Virus record (IMG/VR): IMGVR_UViG_3300005190_000020
Strand: one strand, 5' to 3'
Source: a virus
DNA length: 64,000 bases
A program made the position numbers and the translations under genes. The notes below the pieces were generated by a model, which was not told where the DNA came from, did not search any database, and saw only the letters and a program-made list of their open reading frames with translations. Positions 25,095 to 34,462 of this stretch are shown in pieces; the first letter of the stretch is position 1, and each line of letters starts with the position of its first letter.

Positions 25095-25290
25095 AACTAT
25101 ATAAAAGTATGCCTTCCCGAGGTTTAAAAATGTTGTGGACAGGTGGTAACAACACCACCTTTATGTAAGAAGTATAACCAGTGCGATAAACGGACTGAAC
25201 ACTAACAGCAGTATTATGAATACAGCTAGTAAGGCGATTAAGGCGATTCCTATTCTTTTTCCTTTACCTTCTACTTCTTCGCCGTTTACT

Positions 25291-25749
25291 TTAATCTCCA
25301 TAATGCTTGGCGGTAATCTTGCTTACCTGGTTTAAAAGGTCTGGCTGTGGATTGGCTACAGGCCTTACTTTTTTGATTCTGTTGACGTTTTCTTTAAGCG
25401 GTTGATTGTTTTTAAGACTCATCAACGCTGCTGCTACTGCCACGCTTCTGCTTGAACCCATTGCGCAGTGGACAAGCATTGAGACTTCTTCTTCTTTGGC
25501 TTGTTTGTGAAGTTTCTCTGCTGTTTCAACTATTGTCTTGATTAGGAAGTCTGGGTTGCTTCCGTCGTCTGCGATTGGGATGTGGAAGTAATTGGTTTTC
25601 TTGATTGTTTCGTAGCCTGGTGCTGAGTCTCTTTCCGGTCCGCTACCTGAAAGGTTCAGAATGTATTCTATGTCGTTTCTTCTTTGTTTTGCGTCGTTGT
25701 CTGCGTCGCTTACATCGCCTACGAATAAGTTGTCGTATACTTGTTTCAT
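25291..25749 (-). CDS. dual-specificity / Cys-based protein-tyrosine-phosphatase-fold phosphatase
   Basis: VHCAMGSSRS = HCX5R(S) P-loop signature; 152 aa; promoter motif 25763-25781. Confidence 0.65.
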   Translation of the reverse strand: MKQVYDNLFVGDVSDADNDAKQRRNDIEYILNLSGSGPERDSAPGYETIKKTNYFHIPIADDGSNPDFLIKTIVETAEKLHKQAKEEEVSMLVHCAMGSSRSVAVAAALMSLKNNQPLKENVNRIKKVRPVANPQPDLLNQVSKITAKHYGD

Positions 25750-25839
25750 AATTATTTTTCCTCTATTAAACTTTTTATATGTTTGGATGCTACTTTTGTG
25801 TTGTCGTAATCATAGCTATCAAAAAAGAAAAAAGAGGGT

Positions 25840-27375
25840 TTACTGGTATGCCTCTATTTCCATTGGCTCCCAGTTTTTAATGTCGTTCAAGAGTGCTTCC
25901 TCGTTTTCAGCGTGCTGAATGTAGTCAAGCATGTCGCTTGTCCATCCCTGCAACTCGTAAACGTCAGGGTAGCCTTCAGGGAAGCTTAGGTCTCCGTAAC
26001 TTGAAAGGTCTACAAGGTAAAGACTTGCGGACGGATTAACTTCTTCCTTGTAAGCCTCCCACTCGTCTTTCAAGGTTTGTGCGTCGTGACTCCAACCTGC
26101 GTTTGAATCCCATAACTGTAGGTCGGAGAACATAACTACACGTTTGTAGCTCTCTCCTTTCTGCCGGATGTCTCTGATTGCTTTGTAAGCGTTTGTGCTT
26201 CCTCCTGTCTGAGCATCCATGATTTTCTGCTGAAGCTCAAGTGTCGGAGTGTTGTAGTGAGCTTTGACGCGTTTGTAACGCTTACCGAATGCTCCTGTGT
26301 CGCTTCCGTGACGCATCATCATGGCTCCGAACAAGGCACCGATTTCTGCGTGCTGTAGGTCGGATTCCTGACTGATTCCTACTCCGTACATGGAGCCGGA
26401 TGTGTCTACAGCTGTGAATGTGTCGCTTAGGTTGTCGTCTAAACTGTCTGATGCTTTGTCGATTGCCTCTGAAAGTTTTTCTTCGATGACTGGGTCGCTG
26501 ACTCCTGCGTCCTTAACTGCTTTGTAGGACTGGTAGAATCTGAAAGGCCAAATCTGTGCGTGTTCAACCCATTCTAGGTCGATGTCGCCTACGATTTCCT
26601 CTGATTCAAGCCCTGCTTCTTTCATGTTTCGAATGTTTCTGATTCGGGCGAACAGTCCCATGTCGTCTAGGACTTCTCTCCATGCTTCGGCGTTGTTGCC
26701 TTTCTCGGAGATAACTGTTTCCCATGTCTTGCCTTGTGACTCGTTTAGAGGCTGTACGTCTGGGTACTTGTCTAGGTCGCCTCTCATCAGTCTTTCGAAG
26801 ATTTCGTCTCTTAACTCGTCTTGAGGGTTTGGGTGAGTCCTGTTGATTACGTCTCTAATGTTGACTTCACGGTTGTCGTTGTCGTACTTGTCGTACTGGT
26901 ATTTGTCGAATTTGTGAAGTGCTTTGTTGATTCCTTTTTTCAAAGGCTTCGGCATTGTTCCGCCTTGTAGCTGGTCCCATGCTGCTACGACTGTTGCTGG
27001 TTCGTCGGCTCTGTCGATAATGTTTCCAGCCCATTTTTCGACGTATTCCTTGGTTCTGTCGTCGCCTGCTGCAAGGACTAGAAGGACTTGTGAAATGTCT
27101 CTTAATCCCATGCTTTGTCTGGCGTATGCAGCCAGTTTCAAAGCAAACTCAGGGTTTTCGTCTGCTACTTCTTCGAAGGCTCGTTCAACGCTTCTAAGCT
27201 GTTCTTGGTCGTTTTCGTAGTAAGTGTCTTCAAGAAGGTTGTTGATGACGTTTTTAGCCAGGCCTAGTTCAGGTGTGTCTGGCTCGTATGCTTCGCCACC
27301 TTCATAGTTTGTGGTTTTGGTTCTTTCTGCAACTGTGTCTTTTGTGCTGTTTAGTTCCATTGTGTTGTTTAGCAC
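25840..27375 (-). CDS. vWA-domain protein with large N-terminal helical domain (Ro60/TROVE-like architecture)
   Basis: C-terminal MIDAS-like AVDTSGSM...; ~320-aa alpha-helical N-terminus + ~190-aa vWA, 511 aa total as in Ro60/Rsr. Confidence 0.4.
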   Translation of the reverse strand: MLNNTMELNSTKDTVAERTKTTNYEGGEAYEPDTPELGLAKNVINNLLEDTYYENDQEQLRSVERAFEEVADENPEFALKLAAYARQSMGLRDISQVLLVLAAGDDRTKEYVEKWAGNIIDRADEPATVVAAWDQLQGGTMPKPLKKGINKALHKFDKYQYDKYDNDNREVNIRDVINRTHPNPQDELRDEIFERLMRGDLDKYPDVQPLNESQGKTWETVISEKGNNAEAWREVLDDMGLFARIRNIRNMKEAGLESEEIVGDIDLEWVEHAQIWPFRFYQSYKAVKDAGVSDPVIEEKLSEAIDKASDSLDDNLSDTFTAVDTSGSMYGVGISQESDLQHAEIGALFGAMMMRHGSDTGAFGKRYKRVKAHYNTPTLELQQKIMDAQTGGSTNAYKAIRDIRQKGESYKRVVMFSDLQLWDSNAGWSHDAQTLKDEWEAYKEEVNPSASLYLVDLSSYGDLSFPEGYPDVYELQGWTSDMLDYIQHAENEEALLNDIKNWEPMEIEAYQ

Positions 27376-27417
27376 CTCTTGTTAGGTGAAAAATGTGTTT
27401 TCGGTAAGTAATTATTA

Positions 27418-27437
27418 GGGATTAACTTTTATAAATG
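27418..27437 (-). promoter_or_regulatory. conserved promoter motif
   Basis: GGGATTAACTTTTATAAATG. Confidence 0.45.
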
Positions 27438-27773
27438 TTGTGTTATTTTCTGTTTAATTAGTTCTCGGTAGGTCATGTGTTTCCGGCCAAGCCAGTCTTC
27501 TTCTTCGGGTGCTCTGTAGAAGTATATTCCAACCCACATAACGAACCGGATTAAACTGATTGTAAATGTTCCCCACAAACCTAGAATTGCTACAGGAAGT
27601 AGAAGAGTTACAGGATAAGTTATAGTGTTCGGCAGGCTTGATTTCCTTGTGTAAATTGTCTGCTTGTCTCTCAAGGCGTTGGCTTGTTGCCCAAGACCTA
27701 TCATGCTGCCGATGCTCATAAGCAGGTCTGCTGTTGCTGCTGTGATTATAATGAATCCGAGGTCGAGAGCCAT
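27429..27773 (-). CDS. membrane protein (114 aa)
   Basis: Three hydrophobic segments. Confidence 0.4.
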   Translation of the reverse strand: MALDLGFIIITAATADLLMSIGSMIGLGQQANALRDKQTIYTRKSSLPNTITYPVTLLLPVAILGLWGTFTISLIRFVMWVGIYFYRAPEEEDWLGRKHMTYRELIKQKITQHL

Positions 27774-28048
27774 TATGTCAGCCCTCGTCTTTTTGCTTCT
27801 AGGAATGCGTCTGCGTCATCCCACTCCATCGCTGTATGTAAAGTGGTGTCAGGATGGTCTGGTGCGTTGTAGTTATGGCTTATACGGACTTCGTACCTGT
27901 CGTCTGCTTCTTCGATGTCTTCGAACGTGGTCTGGTTTTCCCAGGTGTCTTCGATGTATAGAAGGTCTCTGTCCATGTTTACAAGGGTTTTTTCGTAAGC
28001 TGTTTCGTCAACTTCTTTCCATTCATAGTCTTCGATAGAATCTAACAT
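27773..28048 (-). CDS. hypothetical protein (91 aa)
   Basis: ORF. Confidence 0.35.
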   Translation of the reverse strand: MLDSIEDYEWKEVDETAYEKTLVNMDRDLLYIEDTWENQTTFEDIEEADDRYEVRISHNYNAPDHPDTTLHTAMEWDDADAFLEAKRRGLT

Positions 28049-28200
28049 AGATAATATGTTTTGGTTAGTGACTTTTTTATTTCCTTTGCCACCGCAGTCT
28101 TGTTTTACAGATGGGGCAGAAGCCGGAGGGGTTGAAGGAAAATTCTCTTTCCTCTCCGACTTGTGGACAGTACACCACCATTTTCTTTCTTATGAATCCT

Positions 28201-28938
28201 TTACGTGTCTTGTAGTGCATTGGTCTCTGTCTCCCCGCCTTTACGCCAGTGAAGTTCTTCTGTTTGAACATGGTTTTCACGCACGCATTTAGCCATGTTC
28301 TCAGTTAATTCATCCAGCGGGAATCCTTTAGTGTTTCTTACGACGTAGCCTTCTCTTGTGTCTCCGTACTTGCTTTCTCCTTCAGGCATTTTGTCTACGA
28401 TACTCATGTACCTTCTGAAGTCGTCTCCTATTTCTAAAAATTCTTCGAGGTCTGTTATACGGAATTTGTCTATTACTGGTACGGTTGGCAACCCTACTTC
28501 TTCTGCTATTGCTTCTACTTCGTACCACGGCAGCCATTCTCCGTCGTAAAGCACTCCGAATACTAGGAAGTAGCTTGGAAGGTTTTCATAATCTATGCTG
28601 TGCCGTGCGTAAAGGTATTCTCCGAAGATTGCGAAGTCTTCAGGTATTTTGTGCATCAGTTCTTCTCTGTGCCTTTTCTTGAGATAGTCCCATTCTTCTC
28701 TATGCGGTTCACCTGAGTGGCTCCGGGCATAGACTTTGTCACTGGTTAGGCAGGCGTTTGCCCCGTCCATCTTCTCTGTTATCACTACTTCGTTCATAAA
28801 GTTTTGTTTCGTGAACATTTCTTCGGTTTCTGATTTGCTAAGCCATTTCTGTTGCCGTGCGTCTTCTTGACTCCAAGGCAGGTGTTTCATGCTCGGCATT
28901 TTAGGTACTTCGTGTCCATGTTCGTTATTCTGTGTCAT
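28201..28938 (-). CDS. covalent nucleotidyltransferase of the ligase family, most likely an RNA ligase (Rnl2/DRB0094-like size)
   Basis: Motif I VITEKMDGANA (KxDG), motif III-like IFGEYLY, motif IV EGYVVRN; only 245 aa and a bona fide DNA ligase is encoded elsewhere (62383-63315). Confidence 0.5.
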   Translation of the reverse strand: MTQNNEHGHEVPKMPSMKHLPWSQEDARQQKWLSKSETEEMFTKQNFMNEVVITEKMDGANACLTSDKVYARSHSGEPHREEWDYLKKRHREELMHKIPEDFAIFGEYLYARHSIDYENLPSYFLVFGVLYDGEWLPWYEVEAIAEEVGLPTVPVIDKFRITDLEEFLEIGDDFRRYMSIVDKMPEGESKYGDTREGYVVRNTKGFPLDELTENMAKCVRENHVQTEELHWRKGGETETNALQDT

Positions 28939-28962
28939 TTTGTCAACTCCTCCTAAGAAAAG

Positions 28963-29634
28963 TTAGTCATCTAACTCTTTTAAAACCTTGTGAAAGAAAA
29001 GCTGTTTTTCAGCGTTTTCCGGTCCGAAGTAGCTCGTGGCTGCTAACGGATTTACCTTGGTTGTACGACTAAAGTTTTCGTCTCCTTGAATCTCTGCTTC
29101 TTCTTTTGAGATGGTTTTCAGTTCTTCTTGGGCTATACCCTCAGGAGATACGCACACTGCGTTGGCGTAGTCTGATACAGGTTCTTCGCTGATAAGTGTT
29201 ATGTCGATGTCGTGACGGTTGCTTATCTGTTTTGCCACGCCTATAAGCAGGCCGAAGTTGTCTGTAGGAATTTTCTCATGTATACAAGGCGCTTCTCCTG
29301 CTTTTTCAAGCAGTTCTTGTTTGGCTTCTTCCTCTAGATTGTCTCTGTATTTTCTAAGCTCTTTCACGTTTTCAAACAAGACTTTTGATGCTTTGGGAGC
29401 GCCTTTGGCAAGTGCTGTAAGATATACTGGTTCTGTATCTGGTTCGTATTCTTTGTCAAGGTAGTCGCATAGTTTTTTCGTTGTTACCTCTAGTTCTGCG
29501 TGTTCAATTCTTAGTTTTTTAACGCCTCTTGTTAGTTTTTCCATGTCGGGTCTGAACTTGTTTTCTTCTATCTCTATGCCTTCTGCTATACCTCTGCTGA
29601 TTTCTTTGAACAAATCGTCTTTTTTGTAGTCCAT
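28963..29634 (-). CDS. hypothetical protein (223 aa)
   Basis: ORF. Confidence 0.4.
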   Translation of the reverse strand: MDYKKDDLFKEISRGIAEGIEIEENKFRPDMEKLTRGVKKLRIEHAELEVTTKKLCDYLDKEYEPDTEPVYLTALAKGAPKASKVLFENVKELRKYRDNLEEEAKQELLEKAGEAPCIHEKIPTDNFGLLIGVAKQISNRHDIDITLISEEPVSDYANAVCVSPEGIAQEELKTISKEEAEIQGDENFSRTTKVNPLAATSYFGPENAEKQLFFHKVLKELDD

Positions 29635-29894
29635 TATTCTTCCACCTTTAAACTTATGTCAATGCTTGGAACTACTGTTACCTCCACCTCTGTCTGGCAT
29701 TCACCGCAGTAAAGATACTCTGTGTTTTCTTCGTTCCATACAGGGTATGAAAGGTAGCGGTCTGTCCAGTCAAGTGTTTTCCGTGTTCCGCAGCCTGGAC
29801 AAGTCCATTCTACTTTGTACGGTATTCTCTGCCTTTTCGCTCCTTTAACGTATTTCCCGTCTTCTTGCTCTACTTTCTCTACTTCAATATCCAT
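29634..29894 (-). CDS. zinc-ribbon protein (86 aa)
   Basis: CPGCG...CGECQ. Confidence 0.4.
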   Translation of the reverse strand: MDIEVEKVEQEDGKYVKGAKRQRIPYKVEWTCPGCGTRKTLDWTDRYLSYPVWNEENTEYLYCGECQTEVEVTVVPSIDISLKVEE

Positions 29895-29963
29895 GTTTTA
29901 CCTCCTCCGCAAACATTATAACGATGAGAACTATCACTGTTGAAGAAAAGGCGAGGGCGGCGT

Positions 29964-31361
29964 TCATTCATCTCCCTCGCTGATTTCCTTCATCATGTGG
30001 ACACGGTCGTTTAAAATGGTTTGTCCAAGTGCTTCGCCGTCAAAGTCTTCGATTTCTTTGTCTCTCTGGTCTGCGACGTATTCTGCGTCAACGATTCTTA
30101 TTGCTTCTCTCGCCATTTCAAGTCTTTGCTCAATCCGGTTGAAGGCGGTCATGTCTACTGGTACTTCTTTTTCTCTTCCTGCGTTGTCAGCCTTGGCTAA
30201 GTCGATAAGTTCTTCCTGTGTCGCACCTTTGTTGCTGTCAAGCCTTTGAACGAGTTCAATGACTTTTGACTCTCTCATACAGGATTCCTGTGCTGGGTCT
30301 ACGTTGAAAATCCTCATGTGTTCTCTGCATGCGTCTTTCATTTTTTCTTTGTACTCGTTGCTTAACCTCCATTTCTCGGCTAGGTCTTCTGCTAGTTCAA
30401 CTCCTAGTTTGTCGTGGCCTCCTGTGTTCTCTTCGTTTCTGGTTTCCAGTTTGCCGATGTCGTGGACTAAGGCCATCATCAGTTTGTCGTTGTTGCCGAG
30501 GTCTAGGTCTGCCATTTCGTCTACGACCATCATGGTGTGTGTCCAGCAGTCTCCTTCGCCGTGGTGTTCTTCTGGTCCGGCACTGATGTAACGTAGCTTG
30601 GTTAGTTCCGGTGCGATGACGTGTAAGGCGTTTACTTCCATGCAGACTTCCCAGAATCGTCTTGGGTCTTCTGCTTGTTTCATTGCTTTGTGTATTTCGT
30701 CTCCGATTCTTTCGCCTGGAACTTCTTCAAGTTTCGGACTGGTTAACTGGGCGATTTCAATTGTTTCGTCTGCTATTTCGAACTCTGGCATCCGTGCTGC
30801 GAAACGTGCCAATCTTAGGACGCGTACAGGGTCTTCTTTGAATGCCTGTGATGTGTGTCTCAACACTTTTTCGTCTAGGTCTTTGATTGGGTTGATTGGT
30901 CTTTCCGGCCTGATTTCGTCTTCTTCGAAGTTGTCAAGCAGTGGGAAGTGGTAGTCTTGTTTACCTGGCTCCATTGCAATGCTGTTTATGGTTAGGTCTC
31001 TTCGTCTAAGGTCTGCTTCCAAGCTTACGTTTTCTGTGTTTACTTCGAAGTCGTGGTATCCGTCGCCTGTGTTTTCTTCTGTCCGTGCCAGTGCGAACTC
31101 GTTTTTCTGGTTGTCGTGGAATACTGGGAAGCTCTGTGCGTCTATTTTGTGGAATCCTCTGTCCAGCATTTCTTCTTCCGTTTCTTCTGTGACAACGAAG
31201 TCGTAGTCCTCTGTTTCCTTACCTATTAAAGAGTCTCTTACCTGTCCTCCTACTGCGAACCATTTAAGGTCTTCGAAGTCTATTCCTTCTTGGTTTTCTA
31301 TTTCTTCGTGTTTTGGCCGTATGTCGATTGGGTCGAAATCTGTCATTTTATCATTCCTCAC
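29964..31361 (-). CDS. cca: class II tRNA nucleotidyltransferase (CCA-adding enzyme) with C-terminal HD domain
   Basis: GGQVRD (GGxVRD), DYDF, RRDLTINS class-II head motifs; HDIGK HD motif; 465 aa. Confidence 0.8.
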   Translation of the reverse strand: MRNDKMTDFDPIDIRPKHEEIENQEGIDFEDLKWFAVGGQVRDSLIGKETEDYDFVVTEETEEEMLDRGFHKIDAQSFPVFHDNQKNEFALARTEENTGDGYHDFEVNTENVSLEADLRRRDLTINSIAMEPGKQDYHFPLLDNFEEDEIRPERPINPIKDLDEKVLRHTSQAFKEDPVRVLRLARFAARMPEFEIADETIEIAQLTSPKLEEVPGERIGDEIHKAMKQAEDPRRFWEVCMEVNALHVIAPELTKLRYISAGPEEHHGEGDCWTHTMMVVDEMADLDLGNNDKLMMALVHDIGKLETRNEENTGGHDKLGVELAEDLAEKWRLSNEYKEKMKDACREHMRIFNVDPAQESCMRESKVIELVQRLDSNKGATQEELIDLAKADNAGREKEVPVDMTAFNRIEQRLEMAREAIRIVDAEYVADQRDKEIEDFDGEALGQTILNDRVHMMKEISEGDE

Positions 31362-31479
31362 AGTTTAATTAGGTAAAGCCCCACCACTTCTTCTTCCTCC
31401 ATTTTCTCTTCTATTTCCACGTTTGTGGGTTGTGTGTCTTTATCCTCTCCAAACACTTCTTTCACTTTGCTTGTTATAC

Positions 31480-31704
31480 TCACAGCAAGGATTCACCTTC
31501 TTGGAAGACTTTTTTAGCTATTTCTTCTTCGCTCATGCCTTCAAACTTGTCCTGTATTTTTTCTCTGAGTTCTTCGGCAAATTCTTCTTCGTGTTCCTTG
31601 CAAAGCCTTAGTGGTTCTCCTGCTTCGGTTTTGATTCTGGCCGTGGCCGGCTCGTCGCATTTGTCGCATTCTACGTCGTCTTCGATTTTTTTGATGTCTT
31701 TCAT
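31480..31704 (-). CDS. small Zn-binding protein (74 aa)
   Basis: CDKCDE...CKEHE. Confidence 0.35.
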   Translation of the reverse strand: MKDIKKIEDDVECDKCDEPATARIKTEAGEPLRLCKEHEEEFAEELREKIQDKFEGMSEEEIAKKVFQEGESLL

Positions 31705-32108
31705 CTGTTATCAACTCGTATTTTAGTATAGCTTGGTTCTTCTGCGTTCCACGGCCTGTCTTCTCCGTTGCAGTTAGGGTTTGTGGCGTGGTGGACACCT
31801 ATTCCTTGTTTGGTGTCGAAGATTTCTCCGCACCGGTCACATTCGTATATGTACATTCTCAAAAATTTTCTGATGTCGTAGTTGTCCAACAGTTCTTCTA
31901 GTTCGTCGAATTTCTGTCTTAGTTCGTTGTCTTCTTCTCTCAGTTCTTCTCTTATAGCGTCTATCCTGTTCGTGACTTTTCTTTTCCGTCCCTGGTCTAA
32001 AGGGATTTGAAACCTTGTCCTCTCCGGTTCTTCTTGTTCACCGTAGTTTTCTTCCTGGTTCTCTGCTTCTTGGGCAGGGGTGTAGGCCGAGGTGTCGAGG
32101 TCACTCAT
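31701..32108 (-). CDS. hypothetical protein with CxxC...HH..NPNC zinc finger (135 aa)
   Basis: ORF; the overlapping Arg-rich ORF 31541-31798 is an alternative frame and rejected. Confidence 0.4.
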   Translation of the reverse strand: MSDLDTSAYTPAQEAENQEENYGEQEEPERTRFQIPLDQGRKRKVTNRIDAIREELREEDNELRQKFDELEELLDNYDIRKFLRMYIYECDRCGEIFDTKQGIGVHHATNPNCNGEDRPWNAEEPSYTKIRVDNR

Positions 32109-32385
32109 CTTCTTCCTCTATTAATGTTCCTTTCAAGTTTTCCTGCGCCGGATTCATTGCTGCGTGTGCTTCGGCTTTGTCTTCGAAGCAGTTGGCTTCG
32201 ATGAAGTTGAACATGTGTAGGAACATCTCCATCATTTCTTCTGGGTCGGCGTACACTATTCTGTCATCTGTCAGGATGAAGTTGTAGTGGTCTGGCAGTG
32301 CTTCTTCGACTTGTGTGCTTACATGGTCTAGTTCTTCCGGTGATGCGTCCTCTACTTTAAGGAACGCCAGTTTTTCTTCAGTCAC
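32101..32385 (-). CDS. hypothetical acidic protein (94 aa)
   Basis: ORF. Confidence 0.35.
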   Translation of the reverse strand: MTEEKLAFLKVEDASPEELDHVSTQVEEALPDHYNFILTDDRIVYADPEEMMEMFLHMFNFIEANCFEDKAEAHAAMNPAQENLKGTLIEEEDE

Positions 32386-32506
32386 TCTAATCTACCTCTT
32401 ATTTCGGAACCTTTTACTTCTGGATGCTTATGTTCAATAACTTCTAAAAGTGAGTTTACCATGGTGTCTTCCTCTACCTCAAGTTCAACTTTTATTGTTT
32501 CAGTCA

Positions 32507-32872
32507 TTAATCCATCAACCCTTTCCTAGCGCTTAGGATGTCTTGAACATCGGTTTTAGGAATCATGGTTTTGCCGTCTTCCTCAAGGATTGTCGCACCC
32601 TGCAACTGTTTCTTGAATCTTACGTACTCTTCCTCGTTCAAGCAGTCAGCGATTTCTTCCTCGCTTATTCTGTAATCGCTTTTCTGCGGACTGTTCTCAC
32701 CTGTTACTTTGTCATACAGGTCTTTGTTGTAAAGCATGTAGTGGACTTGGAAAAGTGCTTCCTTTACTTTCTCCTCGTCTTGTCTTGCGTCCTCCACATC
32801 TGTTTCTGGGAAGAGTTCTTCGTATTCAGCGTCTCGTACCTTGGCCGCCAGTTCTTTCAGTGTTTCGTCCAT
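32507..32872 (-). CDS. hypothetical protein (121 aa)
   Basis: ORF; promoter motif 32885-32904 ~25 nt upstream of ATG. Confidence 0.45.
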   Translation of the reverse strand: MDETLKELAAKVRDAEYEELFPETDVEDARQDEEKVKEALFQVHYMLYNKDLYDKVTGENSPQKSDYRISEEEIADCLNEEEYVRFKKQLQGATILEEDGKTMIPKTDVQDILSARKGLMD

Positions 32873-32884
32873 ACCTAAAATATA

Positions 32885-32904
32885 CTGTTTAACTCTTATA
32901 AACC
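32885..32904 (-). promoter_or_regulatory. conserved promoter motif
   Basis: CTGTTTAACTCTTATAAACC. Confidence 0.5.
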
Positions 32905-32999
32905 TGTTGGAAAGTTTCTTGTTTCATGTGTTTAAAGTACACATTTTAGTTAATTATAGAGACATGAAGTAAGAAAAAGTAAAAATAAGTGGCCTGCCT

Positions 33000-33290
33000 C
33001 GCTTGTCGTCCACGAGGCTAGGCGCGTGCGTACCAGAACCAGACCGTTCGCCTTACAGCTTTCAGGCTTTAGGGTTTCTGCGAACTGGTAATGTAGGCTC
33101 AGGTGGTCGCCGTCCGAGTCCAAGTTACCAACCTGTGAATAGGCTGGGACACACCAGTCACCGGTTTAAGCTGCGGTGGTCAGACACGGACTTATGGATG
33201 TGCCGTCTGACGGTCTCCTACTCCACACTTATGAAGGATGTAGTACAGTAGTTGGAGCCCACCCAATAATCTACGGGCTTATATTGTTTT
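33000..33290 (-). ncRNA. candidate structured non-coding RNA (~290 nt, ORF-free, GC-richer than flanks)
   Basis: No ORF >= 60 aa on the gene strand; GC visibly higher than neighbours; TATA-type motif at 33295-33320 positioned to start a minus transcript; next promoter at 32885 delimits it. Confidence 0.35.
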
Positions 33291-33298
33291 ATTATCAC

Positions 33299-34087
33299 CT
33301 AATCTTTATAAATGTATTTGTCGGGCCACTTGTATTCAAAACCTTTTGGAGGATTACCCATCCACTTCCATACTTTCTTTGAGTCTTCAACGCTAAATTC
33401 TATTATACAGTTTACTTTACCTGCTCCATTTTTTCTTTTGTGTTCATTCCATCGAGCTATTTCTACAGGTGTGGAATCAAACATTTTTCCTACTTTTTCT
33501 TTCTCTGCTCGTTCGTTTGACAAGCCTATTGCTATGTAATTGTTATTATTTGTGTTATGCCATGTGCCGTCACAGCAGAACCAGTGCTTTAATATTTTTG
33601 GAGTTAACTTTATTTCAGGGAACTTTTTTTCACCGCTTTCATACCATTTTTCAAAGTTTGATAGTTCTGGATGTTTTCTTCCGTTGAGAACATATAAGTC
33701 TGAGTAATTTTCTTCAGAAGCGTTTTCACTCAACCCTGTTTTTCTTGCGTGTCTGGCGGATTCTTCTGCTGTTGCTTTCCTGCTGATTTTGCTTGACAAA
33801 AACGTTAGTTCGCTGTCTAAGTATTCAAGGTATTTTCTATTAGTATTTGTTACGCATATTGAAGGATTTCCAGCTTTGTTGATGTATCCATCTCCCATCA
33901 ATACACCTGTAATTATTTCTTTTTGTTTTTCAGAAATTTCTGGGTAATTACAGCTAGATTTATTCCAGTGAAGAGATATGTTCTTGTAGTTGTTTCCACA
34001 TTGTTTACATTTCATAAGAGAAAAAAGGTGGAAGGTGAAAGTGAAGTTCGGGAAAACCCACCTTGCTGGGTTATGACATTGGGGCAA
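33299..34087 (-). CDS. LAGLIDADG homing endonuclease (two-motif, monomeric type); start uncertain (34087 or internal Met ~34015)
   Basis: ITGVLMGDGYI and WFCCDGTW LAGLIDADG-type motifs; AT-rich. Confidence 0.6.
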   Translation of the reverse strand: MPQCHNPARWVFPNFTFTFHLFSLMKCKQCGNNYKNISLHWNKSSCNYPEISEKQKEIITGVLMGDGYINKAGNPSICVTNTNRKYLEYLDSELTFLSSKISRKATAEESARHARKTGLSENASEENYSDLYVLNGRKHPELSNFEKWYESGEKKFPEIKLTPKILKHWFCCDGTWHNTNNNNYIAIGLSNERAEKEKVGKMFDSTPVEIARWNEHKRKNGAGKVNCIIEFSVEDSKKVWKWMGNPPKGFEYKWPDKYIYKD

Positions 34088-34143
34088 TTGTTCTGGATTG
34101 CGAAGTAACCGAACTTCTCGCCCTTCTATAATAACATTATTAG

Positions 34144-34163
34144 TGTTTAACTTTTATAAACCT
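34144..34163 (-). promoter_or_regulatory. conserved promoter motif
   Basis: GTGTTTAACTTTTATAAACC. Confidence 0.5.
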
Positions 34164-34255
34164 TTTCAATTTAACGCATATTTTGTGGAGGTCGTCGTGG
34201 TTTAGTTCGGATATTATGAATCCTGCGGTCAGCATAACCATGCAAAGAAAAATGG

Positions 34256-34462
34256 TTAGGTATACGTGGTCGTGCATTCTCTCCATCCCTCAACTACTTT
34301 GTCTTTCGAAGGTTTTTCCTGGCTTACCCACCACATTCCGTGGCCGTACTTCGTGTTGTATTCATCGGCTATGCTGTGCGCTCTTTCCTTGCTTATCCCT
34401 TGCCACGGAGTGATTGGCCTGTATTCTTCGTCTTCGCCTTGCCTGTACCAGATTGTTGTCAT
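34256..34462 (-). CDS. hypothetical protein (68 aa)
   Basis: ORF. Confidence 0.3.
   Translation of the reverse strand: MTTIWYRQGEDEEYRPITPWQGISKERAHSIADEYNTKYGHGMWWVSQEKPSKDKVVEGWRECTTTYT

Noticed and set aside
31541-31798. 85-aa Arg-rich minus ORF
   Set aside because: Alternative frame overlapping two better ORFs.
33000-33290. SRP (7S) RNA or RNase P identity
   Set aside because: No GGAA-tetraloop or AGCAGCC domain-IV motif and no RNase P conserved regions found by eye.
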